From assembly GCF_036321535.1 (NCBI RefSeq), contig NC_087441.1, forward strand, positions 6,138,001 through 6,202,000: a stretch of DNA of 64,000 nucleotides, read 5' to 3'. The position numbers were made by a program, and so were the translations under genes. The notes beneath the pieces were generated by a model, which was given only the letters and a program-made list of their open reading frames with translations, did no database searches and had not been told where the DNA came from. Source of the stretch: Camelus dromedarius (taxonomy: Eukaryota). Of the stretch, positions 1 to 12,186 are shown piece after piece (the stretch's first letter is position 1; each line of letters opens with the position of its first letter).

Positions 1-1598
1 TCTCTCTGCGTGGAGTGGTGCCAAGCTTCATCCCAGGAAGGAAGGAGAGAGAACTACATTCACAACCAAGGGGGGAGGAAGAGATGGGAACACACCAGCC
101 AGATCTCAGTACTCTGGGGACTGGGGAGACACTGGCCTCCCTGCTCTTGGGGGTGTAAGCTTATGGACACATTCTGAAGAGGTTTTAGCTGGAACTATCA
201 AAACGTGAACTGCAATAATAGCTTAACCCAGCAGGAGTGGCCCTGCGGGACTGTATCCCCTCTCCATCTTCTGAGTGGTTTGCAAACAGACAAGTATAGA
301 CGATTCCCTGACACAAAGATCATCATTTGAGGTTTGGTTAAAGGAGACTGCATATGACGGAAAGGCGAGCTGCTGTGAAAAATGGTGATGTTTGTCTGTA
401 ATTTTTGACATGAGAAGATGTCCATTCATATCATTAGGTAAAAAGACCAAGATACAGAATTTTATGCACAGCGTGATGCCACATATTTAAAAGTGTGTGT
501 GTGTGTGCAGTAAGGCAGTTATCTGGAAGAAAATCACTGAAATAGCAGTAGAGACTGTCTCTGAGTGGTGAAATTACTAATTTTCATTTTCTCTACTATG
601 TTAATATCTTATAATGAAAATGAAAAAAACTCACTTTGGAAAACTCATTTTTTTAAGAGGACAGAGAATTGTGCACATTAAACATTTCCTTAACCTCTCC
701 TAGATAAGGGGAAAAAAACCTGGAAATGATAAACTGACACCAACACTTTTAAAAAATGAAAAATACTTACACATTTTTGCTGCATCCCTCCACAGTGCTG
801 AGCCACTGTGTAACCTAATTTTCTTACTTTTTTTTTCTCCCAAGATGGCTTTTGTCTTAAGCATTCCCTTTTCAGAATGGCAGATCGTGTGCCCTAGTCA
901 TGCATTGGTACAAGTATCTCTCTCGTTTGTCCTGTGAAAGTTAAAGAGGCTATCACAATGCTGTATATATTCAGAGGGCTAGATACAGCCTATGCCCTGT
1001 GTGCGCGGAGTGACGGTGAGAAGTGAGAGTCAAAAGGACAAGTTTCAGGTCTTCTGGAACACGCGACGCTTTATCATCGCAGAATTCACCAGTAAACCAT
1101 GAATCTCTTTTGGTTTAAGGTTTTCAAGATCTTGCAGAAGTACTTTGTGTTTTGAGATGAGGCATCTAAGTAGAAAGATGTTGGAACTGAGTCGCTGGCC
1201 TCCAAGGCGTTCTTAAGTCTTTGTTCCAGCACCAGGCCTGGGCCGGGCCGACCGCACCCCACCCGGAGTGAGTGTGGACCTGCGCCGTAAGACACAGCTC
1301 TGAACTCTACTCCTATGTTCATGACGCTTACCTCCTTCTTGGAAGCTTGGTGGCCGTGTGCACGTGCAGCCCTCCCCAGTTCTGAGTGTGTCCGCTTTCC
1401 CCAGCGTCGCAATGTGCAGAGCTTCACAGGAGGGGTTTCACCTGGGAGAGCCTGAGTTGTTTTCTGATAATCCCAATATTTTAACCCAAAATCTGTTTTT
1501 CTCATAGAGGACTGTTTCTGCTATTATAAAATAAAAGGGAATCAAGAGAATTGAGTTATCATTGGATGGCTACCTTTTAAAATATCTCCTTTAAGAAA

Positions 1599-1720
1599 GG
1601 TGGGTATAGCCCAGTGGTAGAACAGATGCGTGAGATGCTGGGTTCCATCCCCAGTACTGCCGCAGGGAGGGAGGGGAAGAGAGGGAGGGAGGAAGAACCT
1701 AATTACCCTCCCCCCCCAAA
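1599..1720 (+). mobile_element. Camelid tRNA-derived SINE (Vic-1-like), variant with internal deletion and purine-rich linker
   Basis: GGTGGGTATAGCCCAGTGGTAGA...GGGTTCCATCCCCAGTACT head (A-box/B-box like) and the AACCTAATTACC(C)TCCCC tail shared with the other three copies. Confidence 0.85.
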
Positions 1721-3247
1721 ATGTAACTAAAATACCTCTTTTACCACTGTTCTTACTATGAGCCAGAGTGCTTTTAGAAAAAGGACTTTACTTGGGCAAA
1801 AACCAGTGGATGGAAGTGATGATGCTACATGACCGAACTCCCCCTTCCAGTCCGTGGAGCCGTGCAGGAGGGAAGCCTGGATGTTCCAAGTCAAGTGAAA
1901 AAACCCTTCCCGGATCTTGAGGAGTGTGTCATACAAAGCAGACAAAAAGAAGGTACATTCAAATGTGAGGGAGTGAGAGCACCGGGGGTAGGAGGCTGTG
2001 CCGGGAATGCGTGTCTCCTCAGCAAGCTGAGCAAAAACGACCAAGGAATGAACAAGTAAATACTCTGACTGGTGGGTCCCTCCTCTGACTCCTCCCCGGC
2101 CATGTAAGATGCGGGGAGGACCTGCAGGGGACGTGCCGGGGGTTGGGGCAGGGATCAGAATCTCCTAGGGGCCTTTTCGTGCCCAGAGCCTTTCCCTCCA
2201 AGCCCCGCCGCCCGCCCCCCACCCGGAGGGCAGCATCACAGCCCCAGGAGGCAGAATCTCTGTGCCGTCCCCCGGATTATTCTGTGTCCCCTCACCCATC
2301 TTTCACATCATTCCCCCCCCCTAAACGTACCCTACCCCTGGGTTCTGGAGAACCACTGAATCACAGAAGGGGTTGAGTTTACAGAGAGGTAAACCCGCAA
2401 AAATGGAAATAAAGGGGTAGATACAGGGGCTCGGCACAGGGAAATCCGGGTTGTGGTTGCAGGGCTTCTGAATACACTCATGGCCAATGAGCTGGGAGTT
2501 TCTCTGAAAGAGTATGGACACCCTGAGTGCCTGGCCCTGGGGAGCGGGTGACGCATGAGGCTTGAGGGACGTGCCAGACCACTTCTGTATGGAAGGACTT
2601 TATGCCTATACATAAATGTGTCTATGTGACGTGCATAGGATTAAATAGACAGAGGATGTGTACATATAGGAAATCTATGTATCTAGCTGTATCTCTGTCT
2701 ATCTATCACCTCCTTACGTGTTCTTTTAAAACCTCTCCATCACAGAAGTTTTCCAACAAAGAAAATAAAAAGAATAATAGTACAGCGAGCCTCTGGGCAC
2801 ATGCCACTCAGCTGCAGCGATCACCAGTTTGCAGCCACTCTCGTTTCAGCCAGACTGAAGTCTGGTTTATTTGGAAGCAAATTCTAGAGATTGTGTCGTT
2901 TCATTCAGAGCTACCAAATGATAAAGACTTATTTACTAAACATGATCGCAGCATCTCTCTCATAGCTAAAATACACGCGACAAGTCCATAATATCACCCA
3001 ATATCAAGTTACTGTCTACATTTTGCTTGTCTGATACATTTGTACCGTGAACTGTTTTCAAGTCAGGAGCCAAAAACAGGCCACACTTTGCATTTGGTAA
3101 CATGGCGAATGTGCTTCTTAAGTCTCTCTCTGTCTCTCTCTCTCTTTTTAAATTCTTGGGACATATTTGTTGAAGAAGCTGGACCCGTTGCCCTGGGGAG
3201 TTACCCACGCTGTGAGGTGTTTGCACTCCTGGGAGGGTTGTATAAGG

Positions 3248-3432
3248 AGGTGGTTCTCAAATTTAGCGTGCAACTGATGTCGCTGAAAGGGCACGTTAAC
3301 GTGTGATCACTGAGCCTCGTCGCATAGTTTCCGATTCCACTGGTCTGGGGTGGGCCTGAGAACCTGCATTTCTAACCACCTCCTTGATGCTCATAATGTG
3401 ACCCGTCCAGGCATCTCACTTTGACTCCACTG
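3248..3432 (-). mobile_element. MER5A-like hAT-Charlie MITE
   Basis: GTGGTTCTCAAATTTAGCGTGCA...GGTCTGGGGTGGGCCTGAGAACCTGCATTTCTAAC...TTTGACTCCACTG. 8-bp TSD GTATAAGG (3240-3247) / GTATAAGT (3433-3440). Confidence 0.85.
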
Positions 3433-3990
3433 GTATAAGTAACCCTCCGTATGCTGCATCACCTTTAAGTCAGTGCTTCTAACCAGAGGTCTGGTCTGAA
3501 TGAGGGATTTTATTTCTTACAAGAATCTCCAAGAGTAGCGGCGTGTCCTTGTGTCAGGAGGCATGGAACGTCCTCTGTCCACTAGCAGCCATTGATGGTT
3601 ACTACTTGATTATTTCACTTTATAAATAATTCTTTCATTGCTTCTTACTTTATTCCTGGAATACTTTCATTGAAAGAAAATTTCTTTCATCAATGATTTT
3701 GTTACTCAGAAGTACAATTTCTATGTTAAAGGCGGTTTAAACCTCGATTCCTATCACTCCCCCGTTTCATTTGCCAGTTTTAAGAAAAATGAATCGTTTT
3801 CCTAGTATCCCCTGAAAGTGACAAATGAGGTTTTTTTTTTAAATCTTAAGAACTCATGAATTTTAACAAATCCAGCACATTTGAATATATTACAATATTT
3901 ATTTTTATCCATGCTCAAATTATCCTGTCTTTCACCAGCGTGAGCCCCCCTGTGTTGGTCCTTGAGTCCCTTTGACATGATCTTAATAGT

Positions 3991-4209
3991 TTTTGTTTTG
4001 TTTGTTTATTTTAATTGAGATGTAATTGACACACAACTTTATATTAGTTTCAGATGTACAACATAATGATGTGATATTTGTATATACTGCAAAATGATCA
4101 CAGTCAGTCTAGTTAACGTCTGTCACCATATATGGTTACAAATTGTTTTTAACTTCTAATGAGGATTTTTAAGATCACTCTTAGCAGCTTTCAGGTATAC
4201 AATTCGGTA
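3991..4209 (-). mobile_element. L1 3' end (L1MA-like, younger than its host); a further remnant lies at 5630-5656
   Basis: T-rich tail followed by ATTGAGATGTAATTGACACACAAC...CAGATGTACAACATAATGAT...AAATGATCACAGTCAGTCTAGTTAAC. Remnant GATAAACGCCCGGAAGTGAAATTGCT resembles the ORF2-end motif GATAAATACCCAGAAGTGGAATTGCT. Confidence 0.75.
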
Positions 4210-5629
4210 CAGGCGTATCTAATTTTATTACCCTTTGCTTTACTGCGCTTCACAGGTACTGCGCTGGTCTTTTTTTAGTTGAAGGTTTGTGGCAACCCTG
4301 CGCTGAGCAAGTCTATCAATGCCTTTTTTCCAAAAGCATTTGCTCATTTCATGTCTCTGTGTCATATTTTGGCAATTCTCATAATATATCAAACGTTTTC
4401 ATTGTTATTGTATTTGTTATATTGGCTTGTGATCAGTGAGCACTGAAATTACTGTTGTGACTGTTTTGGAACACCACAAACTGCCCAGGTGATAGGAGAG
4501 CGAACTCCATCGATACAGGCGTGTTCCAACTGCTCTGCTGACAGGCCGCTCCCCCCCACCTCTCCTCGGGCCTCCCTCTTTCCTGAGATACAGCAGAATT
4601 GAAGGCAGGCCAACTAATGAGCCTACAAAGGCCTCTACATGTTCAAATGAAAGGAAGAGTCGCACGCCTCTCACTTTCAATCAAAAGCTAAGAAATGGTT
4701 AAGCTTAGCGAGGAAGGCACGTCCCAAGCTGAGAGAGGCCAAAAGCTGGGCGTCTGCACCGTACGGTTAGCCCAGCTGTGAATACAGGGGAACGCTCTTG
4801 AAGGAGGTTAACAGTGCTGCTCCAGGGAATACACAAGTGATGAGACAGCAAGACGGCCTCACTGCTGATGCGGAGGAAGTTTTAGTGGTCTGGAGAGAAG
4901 ACCAGATGAACACAACAGTCCCTTAAACCAAAGCCTGAGAGCAAGGCCCCAGCTCTCTTCGATTCTGTGAAGACTGCAAGGGGAGGAGGCTGCAGAAGGA
5001 AAGGCTGACTCTGGCAGAGGCTGGTTCAGGAGATTTATGGAAAGAAGTCATTTCTATAACATAAAAGTACGAAGTGAAGCAGCAAGTGCCGATTTAGAAG
5101 CTGCAGTGCCTTATCCGGAGGCTCTCAGACAGCCGATGCGGGTGGCCACACTGCACAACAGGTTTTCAGCATAGACGAAACAGCCTCGTCTTGGAAGAAG
5201 ACACCGTCTTCCACAGCCAGGGAGGCGAAGTCAGTGGCTAGTTTCAAAGGACAGCTTGACCCTTCTACAGGGGCTAAGGCAGCTGATGCCTTTATGTTGA
5301 AGCCGCTGTCCATTTAACATTTTGAAAGTCCTAGGGCCCTTGAGAATTACGCTCAGTCTACTCTGCCTGTGCTCTGTCAATGGAACAACAAAGCCTGGGT
5401 GACAGCACATCTGTTTACGACGTGGTTTGCTGAATATTTTAAACCCATTATGGAGACCTTTGCTCAGAAAAAAAAATTCCTTTCAAAGTATTACTGCTCA
5501 TTGGCAACATGCTTAGTTGCCAAAGAACTCAGGGGGAGGTGGACAGTGAGATGCACGTTGTTTTCGTGGCTGCGAACGCAGCATCCCTTCCACAGTCCAC
5601 TGGTCAAGGAGTGATCTTAACCTATAAGT
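4210..5629 (+). mobile_element. Tigger1 (TcMar-Tigger) DNA transposon, left ~1.4 kb; right end deleted; transposase decayed
   Basis: TA|CAGGCGTATCTAATTTTATT left TIR and GAAGGTTTGTGGCAACCCTGCG. ORF 5369-5614 reads [22 protein letters not shown] (DDE_1-type transposase), then frameshifts in the A-run to [11 protein letters not shown] (consensus IPFKILLLIDN). No right TIR. Confidence 0.92.
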
Positions 5630-5970
5630 GATAAACGCCCGGAAGTGAAATTGCTCAATAGTCCTTAATGGCTTTCCTGCTTTCCAGTGTGACAAGGTGT
5701 CCCAAGTTCATGCTGTACATTTCCAGGGCTAAGATCAGGCATTTCTTCAAGGAACCTGGGGAATGAAAAACAAAGTGTGAGTGTAGATATAGAGAGAGAT
5801 ATACGTATAGATGTAGGTACACAGCAGCTTCAACAAGGACTCGCCCAGCAGACATGGAGGAACAAATGTCTTCCGTCACCGTTAGTTTTCCATGGACATC
5901 ACCAGGCCCCAGTACACTAAGATTGCCACATCTGGCAGAGCCTCAGAAGTAGGTTGAAGAATTAGACTCT

Positions 5971-6517
5971 TGTTGTGCTGCACCCCAAAGTCCTGCAGCC
6001 TTGCAGCTGCCCAGCCACGAGATCAAAGAAAGAAGCTGGAGTCCGTGACAGAGACATCAATAATTTGCTGGACAGGGAATCTTACAAGTCAGAAGTAAAA
6101 GTTCTGGAAGTTACACCCAGGCAGGGGTGCAGCCGACAGCAGGCAGGACACAGCAGCAATCTCCACTACACAGGCGAGGAGGAGGCTGTCAGTTATAGGG
6201 GGCGCCTCGTCAGAAGGGCCCCTTGGTTGCCCGGGCGACTGCTTGAAGGACCGCATCCATCCAACCCATAGCCCTGGGTTAGCATCCGTTGTTAGGGCCA
6301 CTGTTTTCCGTTGATGGCTGAACACACAGACACCGTTCTGGTCCAAAGGCTAGAACAGTCGTTAGCTGGGGGTCAGGCAGATCATGCAGGTAGTTCTGCT
6401 AAACTTTCCGCTTAGGAGCTGGAGGCACTCATGCACATGAGGTGAGGGTGAGGCAGGGCCAGGTCGGCAAGAGACGACAGAGAGCAGAGCAGCCGTCTTC
6501 CGGGGCCCAAACACACA
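5971..6517 (-). mobile_element. Probable solo ERV LTR (~547 bp)
   Basis: TG...CA termini with near-TSD ACTCT (5966-5970) / GCTCT (6518-6522). The start resembles a reversed ERV U5/R (CACCCCAAAGTCCTGCAGCC...AAGAAAGAAGCTGGAGTCCG...AGACATCAAT). Family not identified. Confidence 0.55.
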
Positions 6518-6841
6518 GCTCTACGTCAGAAACTGTCTACAGTAAGAAGCAAGCAGCTCAGGAGACCATCTGTGTAGCCCAGGTTGATATAGGTTTTGGT
6601 AATCGTTTGGTTAGTCTGACCGGCGTCAGCAGTACGTTCAGAAATGTTTAGGCTGTGAGGTGAGAACTTGCAAAACAAGTACCAAAATAATAGTCATAAT
6701 TTTTAAAGTAATTCCTTTTGCAGGCACGAGTTCTATTCATGATGCAGGATGTATTGTGAGTGTCCTGTATCGTCCAGTCTCCCCGGTCTCAGCCGGGGGC
6801 ATTTTACCCTCCCAGGGGCGCAGGGTCATCCGTCATCTGCG

Positions 6842-7617
6842 CCTGCGCTCTCTCACCTCACCTGCGATCTATTGGCAAATCCTCTCCATCTATCTTCAAG
6901 GTATATCCAGGTTCTGACCCATTCTCACTTCCTCCTCACCACCACTCCACTCCAATCCACCGCCGTCTCCCTAGCAGGTTCTCGGCTCCTCCTCCTTTGC
7001 TCACAACAGGCTATTTCAACCCAGCAGCTAGAGTGAGTTTTTTTAAAAAAAAAAAAAAAAAAAAAAAGAAAAGAAGAAGAAAGAAAGAAAGAACCAATCA
7101 TGTGACTCGTCTGCTTAAACCCCTCCAGTGCCTCCCATCTTATTCGGAGTAACAGCCTGAATCCTTACAAATGGCAGAAACGGGCCCTGCTCAATGGGAG
7201 GCGAGGACCTCTTTGCATACCCTTGGCACCTCTGTTCTCCTTTCCTGTTCTGCACCCTGGCCCCCTGGATGTCCTTTCAGCACACCTTTCCTCCTCCGGG
7301 CATCCTCGCCTGCTGTGCCCTCTGCTGGAACACATTTCCCCGGCAGCCACGTATTGTCATTGTGTGCTCCTTCATTTCCCTTCAGGTGACACCTTTGTAG
7401 AGAGCTTTTTCCTAACCACTCATATAAAACGGTTCTCTGCCACTCCCATCACTGGTTTGCATAGCACTTGTCAACATTCTGTAACTTACTTGTTTATTTT
7501 GTCTGCCCTCCCACATGGAAAGTAAGTACCACAAGGACAGGGGCTTTTCTGTCCTGTTCACTGCTGTTTCGCAGAACATAAAACAACACATAGCATGAAT
7601 ATTGGTTGAATGAATGG
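6842..7617 (+). mobile_element. L2 (L2a-like) 3' fragment
   Basis: ATCATGTGACTCGTCTGCTTAAACCCCTCCAGTGCCTCCC...AAGGACAGGGGCTTTTCTGTCCTGTTCACTGCTG...TTGAATGAATGG terminal motif. Confidence 0.75.
7045..7093 (+). repeat. A23 run grading into GAA/GAAA repeats, inside the L2
   Basis: TTTTTTT|A x23 (7045-7067) followed by GAAAAGAAGAAGAAAGAAAGAAAGAA. Confidence 0.95.
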
Positions 7618-7736
7618 ACCCGAGTTACCTTAAGTATATCTGAATAACAATTCATATTTTCTCCTATAAATATGCTCTTGGTTTTCTCTTCCTACTTAAA
7701 AACTACAGTATAAATCCTAATGAATATTAAAAAATA

Positions 7737-7897
7737 CAGAAAGTTTCTGCTGTATAGCACAGGGAACTATGTTTAATATGTAATAACCTTTAATAAAAAA
7801 ATGAAAACAAATATATGTATGTATATGCATGACTGAGACATTGTGCTGTACACCAGAAGTTGGCACATTGTAACTGATGGCACTTCAATAAAAAAAA
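7737..7897 (+). mobile_element. 5'-truncated L1 3' end (cetartiodactyl/camelid type)
   Basis: CTGCTGTATAGCACAGGGAACTAT...ATGTATGTATATGCATGACTGAGACATTGTGCTGTACACCAGAA...CTTCAATAAAAAAAA. TSD TAAAAAATA at 7728-7736 and 7898-7906. Confidence 0.88.
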
Positions 7898-10886
7898 TAA
7901 AAAATATGCAAGATGATTTATTTGCCTTTAAATATTCCCCAGACAACTATTAAGGAATAAGAGGGTTAATAGTAGGTTGAATAACAAGATAAGGTGAGGA
8001 CAGAGAAATTCCTCTGCTTAAAGGAAATGTATTTTCTGAAAATTTTTTTTTTTCATGCATCCAAAATGACCAAGAGTATCTAAACTTGCAATCTTTACGT
8101 GTACTTCCGCTGCACAGAGTGTGGATGGGTGCATCAAAGCCTGCCTTCTTGCGGATAGAGTCGCTGGATGTTAGACACCTATTTTCCAAAATAGACCAGC
8201 TTTATCTTTACCAAAGCCAAAGTCAGTGATAAAGCATAAAAAGGATTTCCTATATGTTGGTCCTCACTGGCCTCACTTGGTTTCAACACTCTCCTGTTCG
8301 ACAGTCACACTTTCCATCCCTCACCTTGAAGTCCTCAAACAAAACCCCCGCACTGAATCCGCATCGGTTGGATTCCCTCTCTCCCACTTCTTCAGTCATG
8401 TTTCCCTTCCCTCGCTCATTATTGATGGCGTAGCCCCGGTGCTTTCCACATAATCCATCAATCAGTCTTTGGCTCCTGTTGTCCAATGACTCCGCCCTCA
8501 GGCTGGGGCAACATGTGTCATTTTCTTACCATCTTCCATTTTAACACATTATCTCTGTTGCGCACATCACCCCTGGTTCCAGATTTTGGGGCCTCTTCTC
8601 TCTGAACAGTTCCAGCAAGAGAACTCCTTGTGTTTTTGCCCTTTATTGGACAAGACAGTTAATTGACATTTGTAAAGTTTATCAAATAATCAAAACGCAA
8701 ACACAGTAAATACAATGGAGATTAATAATTTGTGACCTTAGACCAAAAAAGACGGCACAAAAGTCCTACGATCACCTCTTGGATGAAGCTGAGGTTGACA
8801 GACTTTCAGACACTTAATAGCTTTATTCAAACGTGGGAAAGTTCTCAAAGTAGAAGTTGGTACATATAAGAACTTCTCAAAGGACAGTTGCAGATGGATG
8901 CAGGTTTTTACTAGGATAATATCAGCTTTGAAACATCGAATATATCTATTAAGTTTCATTTTCTAGTTGATGAGTGCTTAAAGCAAATAGTCTAGAAAGC
9001 ATTTTTTTCTTGGAGGTACACAGGCCGAATGTCTGGACTTACTGTCTGGAGTTGCCTGGCCTCGGCCACGGTGCAGTCTTACGGGCGACACGTGGGTGGT
9101 GAGTGACCCCAGTTTACCCAGCTGTTGGTGTGGTGACCAGAAACCTGCTAAACCCGTCGGAGGAAGCCCCACCGCCCCTGCGTTTTAAAGGTGCCTAGTT
9201 GGCGGCGTGAGTGCTGTGCTTCAGAGTGTGAGTAACACATCTGGACGCGTCAGTGTGACTGCTGACAATTGAGAATTACTTATATTTAGTCATTTTGACT
9301 AATTAAAATGGAGAATGATTACTAATTTTTCATGTAGGAAGATGTAAAGATCTGGGCAATCAAACCACAGTATAATTAATAATATAGCTGAAGCTGTACA
9401 TTTTTGTTTGCCCATCATAGAAGCTACGTTTTGTCCTTTAAACTGGATTTTTCACTCTATTTTATTTATCTCATCTCTTTCAAATGTATCTACACCAGCA
9501 TACAAATTTTAAATATCTGAACTTGAAAAGCTGTGATGACTCTCAGTGGCAGTACTTGGAGTGCTTTAAAAAATTATCGTTTTGGTTGGCCTGTTTTTTT
9601 TTTTAGAATTTGAAATACAGCTGTCTGTAATGAATGCAATTATGCCCACACTAAGATGAATGAAAGAAACAAAATGCATAGCACTAAAGTACCAAGGGAA
9701 ATTACTGAAATAAATTAAAATACAAAAAAAAATCAGAAACAAAATACTATTAAGTACTTGTAAAAATATACTTTTTTCATCCCACTCCTCCATCCCACTT
9801 TATCCTCTAAATGATCTCTCCACCTCATTTTTAAGCCTCCTTTAGAGTTGTGCTCATTCATAAAACCTAATTACATACATTTCTTCAATGTTGTTTGGAT
9901 ATTATTTATTTTCTCAAACTTAGTAGTCTCTGAATATGCCCCAAGGAGGTCTATTTGAAAGAACAATTCTAAAGCAACGTGTATGGTACAGAAATGGAAA
10001 CCAAAAGCTTCCAGTTTTTAAACAGGGAATGTTTGATAGGCTTACACGTGTATAGATTGTTTGGGACTCATAATGCTCTTACCCTAAAGAAACCTCATTA
10101 ATTTAACCATGGTAATTAGTCACCCAGATGACCTACTGAACCCTAGTTGATCATGCATTCTCTGATAGGATGTATGTATTCTGAGTCTCCTTTTTAATTG
10201 GATCCACTCAGGGATTTCAATCGCAGGGGTTCCCTTTCCTCCTATAAAGTTAACTAGACACTGACCATTGATGTGCTCACTTGGGTAAACCAACCCTCAC
10301 AGTCCATGGAAAAACATACTAAAGCAACACAAAATAACTTCTCCATTACTTCCCCCTTTCTCTTTTCTCGTTTCAACCAAGAATGAACTTTTCAGAGTAG
10401 CAGGAACAAGAGAACAGTGGGTTGGGAATACCTTTCACTCCGAGAGCCTCGCACCCGAGAGGGCACTCCCACGTGTCGACCATCCAAATTAAATTCATAC
10501 TCCGAGGGGTGCCAGATGATGAACACACCTGTCCTCTAGAAGTTTAAAGTCAAAAACATTGGAAATATAGGTCAATATGGAAGGAAGAGTCATGAAATAC
10601 AGAGGCGTAAGCAGAGTTCCAAGAACATACATAGTGAGAACAATTTTCTGATTTTTAAAATTGTTTTGACATCATAAAAAAAATGAGAAAAATTTTAAGT
10701 GTTTTTAATTTTTTTACTGTGTTTTCTCTCTTGTCTTTCATATGTTCTGTGTCAGTTCTCCCCAATGACTATCAGAAAGGCTATTAATTGAGCAGAACAG
10801 CATTTATTAGACCTACTGCAGTGAGAAACCCCACCACGCTGACAGCTGTGGAGCTTTTACAGAAACGAGAGGTCAAGATTTACAGG

Positions 10887-11498
10887 GCTTGAGCCAGAGG
10901 GAGCTCTGACTCGAAAAGACAAATACANNNNNNNNNNNNNNNNNNNNNNNNNNNNNNNNNNNNNNNNNNNNNNNNNNNNNNNNNNNNNNNNNNNNNNNNN
11001 NNNNNNNNNNNNNNNNNNNNNNNNNNNNNNNNNNNNNNNNNNNNNNNNNNNNNNNNNNTAAAATAATGCCATTTCCAGCAACATGGATAGACCTGGAGAT
11101 CAACATTCTAAGTGAAATAAGCCAGAAAGAGGAAGAAAAATACCATATGTTATCATTAAATGTGGACTCAAAAAAAAAAAAAAAAGACACAAATGAACTT
11201 GTTTATAAAACAGAAACAGAAACAGATTCATGGGCATAGAAAGCAAACTTAGTTACCAGGGAAAAAGAGGGTGAGAAGGGATAAATAGGGAGTTTGAGAT
11301 TTGCAGATACTAACTACTATAAATAAAATAGATAAACAGTAAGTTTCTGCTGCATGGTACAGGAAACTACATTCAGTATCTCACAGTAACGTATAATGAA
11401 AAAGAATATGAAAAGGAATATATGTATGTATATGTATGACTGAAACATGCTGTACACCAGAAATTGACACAACGTTGTAAACTGTACTTCAATGAAAA
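10887..11498 (+). mobile_element. 5'-truncated L1 (ORF2 end + 3' UTR) with an internal N gap
   Basis: ATGCCATTTCCAGCAACATGGATAGACCTGGAG...GACACAAATGAACTT...GGGATAAATAGGGAGTTTGAGATT...TGTAAACTGTACTTCAATGAAAAAA. Perfect 12-bp TSD AAGATTTACAGG at 10875-10886 and 11499-11510. Confidence 0.92.
10928..11058. other. Assembly gap (131 N)
   Basis: Run of N. Confidence 1.
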
Positions 11499-12048
11499 AA
11501 GATTTACAGGATTTGGGGATCTGAGTTCAAGTGGGTAATGCAGATCTTTCTGGTGCAGAGCTGATTGGAGCTGGGCAACATTCACGACAGAATAGTTGGG
11601 GGTTGGTAGACGCAACGAGACGAAGGTTTTGAAGGGTGCCTTGACAAGAAAACTGTTGTCTGATACACGACACTGCCCAGTCTAGGTTCTGTTAAAGGAG
11701 GTGGCTACTCAGAGGAACAGACTGGTTCAGTTCCTTGAAGGAATTTCTGGAAGCAAACAGTGAAGCGCTGTATTACATTGCAAGCTTATCTACAAAATCA
11801 GGTTTTGTTCCGGAACAAACAATTAGGTCTCCGTCGTCTCAGCCCTCAGCCCTGGTAGTTCAGCTGTGTAGATTCAGGTGGTTTCATTCTCGTCTGCACC
11901 AAACAGCTGCTTGGTTTCCCCACGTACACTCGGTGCTTCCAGCCTCCGGGCCTTTCATCCCATCCCTCCTCCTTTTTTCTTTTCTTTAACACCCCCATTT
12001 TGATCGCTCTCAGCACACTTGGCTGTTTCTCTATTTATTTCTCTATTT

Positions 12049-12186
12049 TGTTTGTTTGTTTTTGTTTTATGAGGGGGAGGTAATCAGGTTTATTTATTTA
12101 CTTATATTTAGAGGAGGTACTGGGGATTGAACCCAGGACCTCACGCATGCTAAGCACATGCTCTACCACTTGGGCTGTACCCTCCC
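12049..12186 (-). mobile_element. Camelid tRNA-derived SINE (Vic-1-like)
   Basis: T-rich tail, GGGGGAGGTAATCAGGTTTATTTATTT...GAGGTACTGGGGATTGAACCCAGGACCTCACGCATGCTAAGCACATGCTCTACCACTTGGGCTGTACCCTCCCC. TSD CTCTATTT at 12041-12048 and 12187-12194. Confidence 0.92.

Larger units (their letters stand above)
3560..5800 (-). mobile_element. Ancient L1 (L1MC/L1ME-type 3' region), split into ~3560-3990 and ~5657-5800 by nested insertions
   Basis: ...TTGGTCCTTGAGTCCCTTTGACATGATCTTAATAGT resumes as AATAGTCCTTAATGGCTTTCCTGCTTTCCAGTGTGACAAGGTGTCCC..., which is continuous in the old-L1 consensus as recalled. AATAGT is duplicated at 3985-3990 and 5657-5662. Confidence 0.65.
10748..11890 (-). mobile_element. 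Possible ERV LTR, interrupted by the L1 at 10887-11498
   Basis: AGCAGAACAGCATTTATTAGACCTACTGCAGTGAGA (reversed polyA signal) continues after the L1 TSD as ATTTGGGGATCTGAG...GAGCTGATTGG. Ends uncertain. Confidence 0.4.

Noticed and set aside
4210-5629. Tigger1 as a domesticated transposase (TIGD-like) gene
   Set aside because: It has frameshifts and stops, the conserved D in LIDN is replaced by G, and the right half is deleted.
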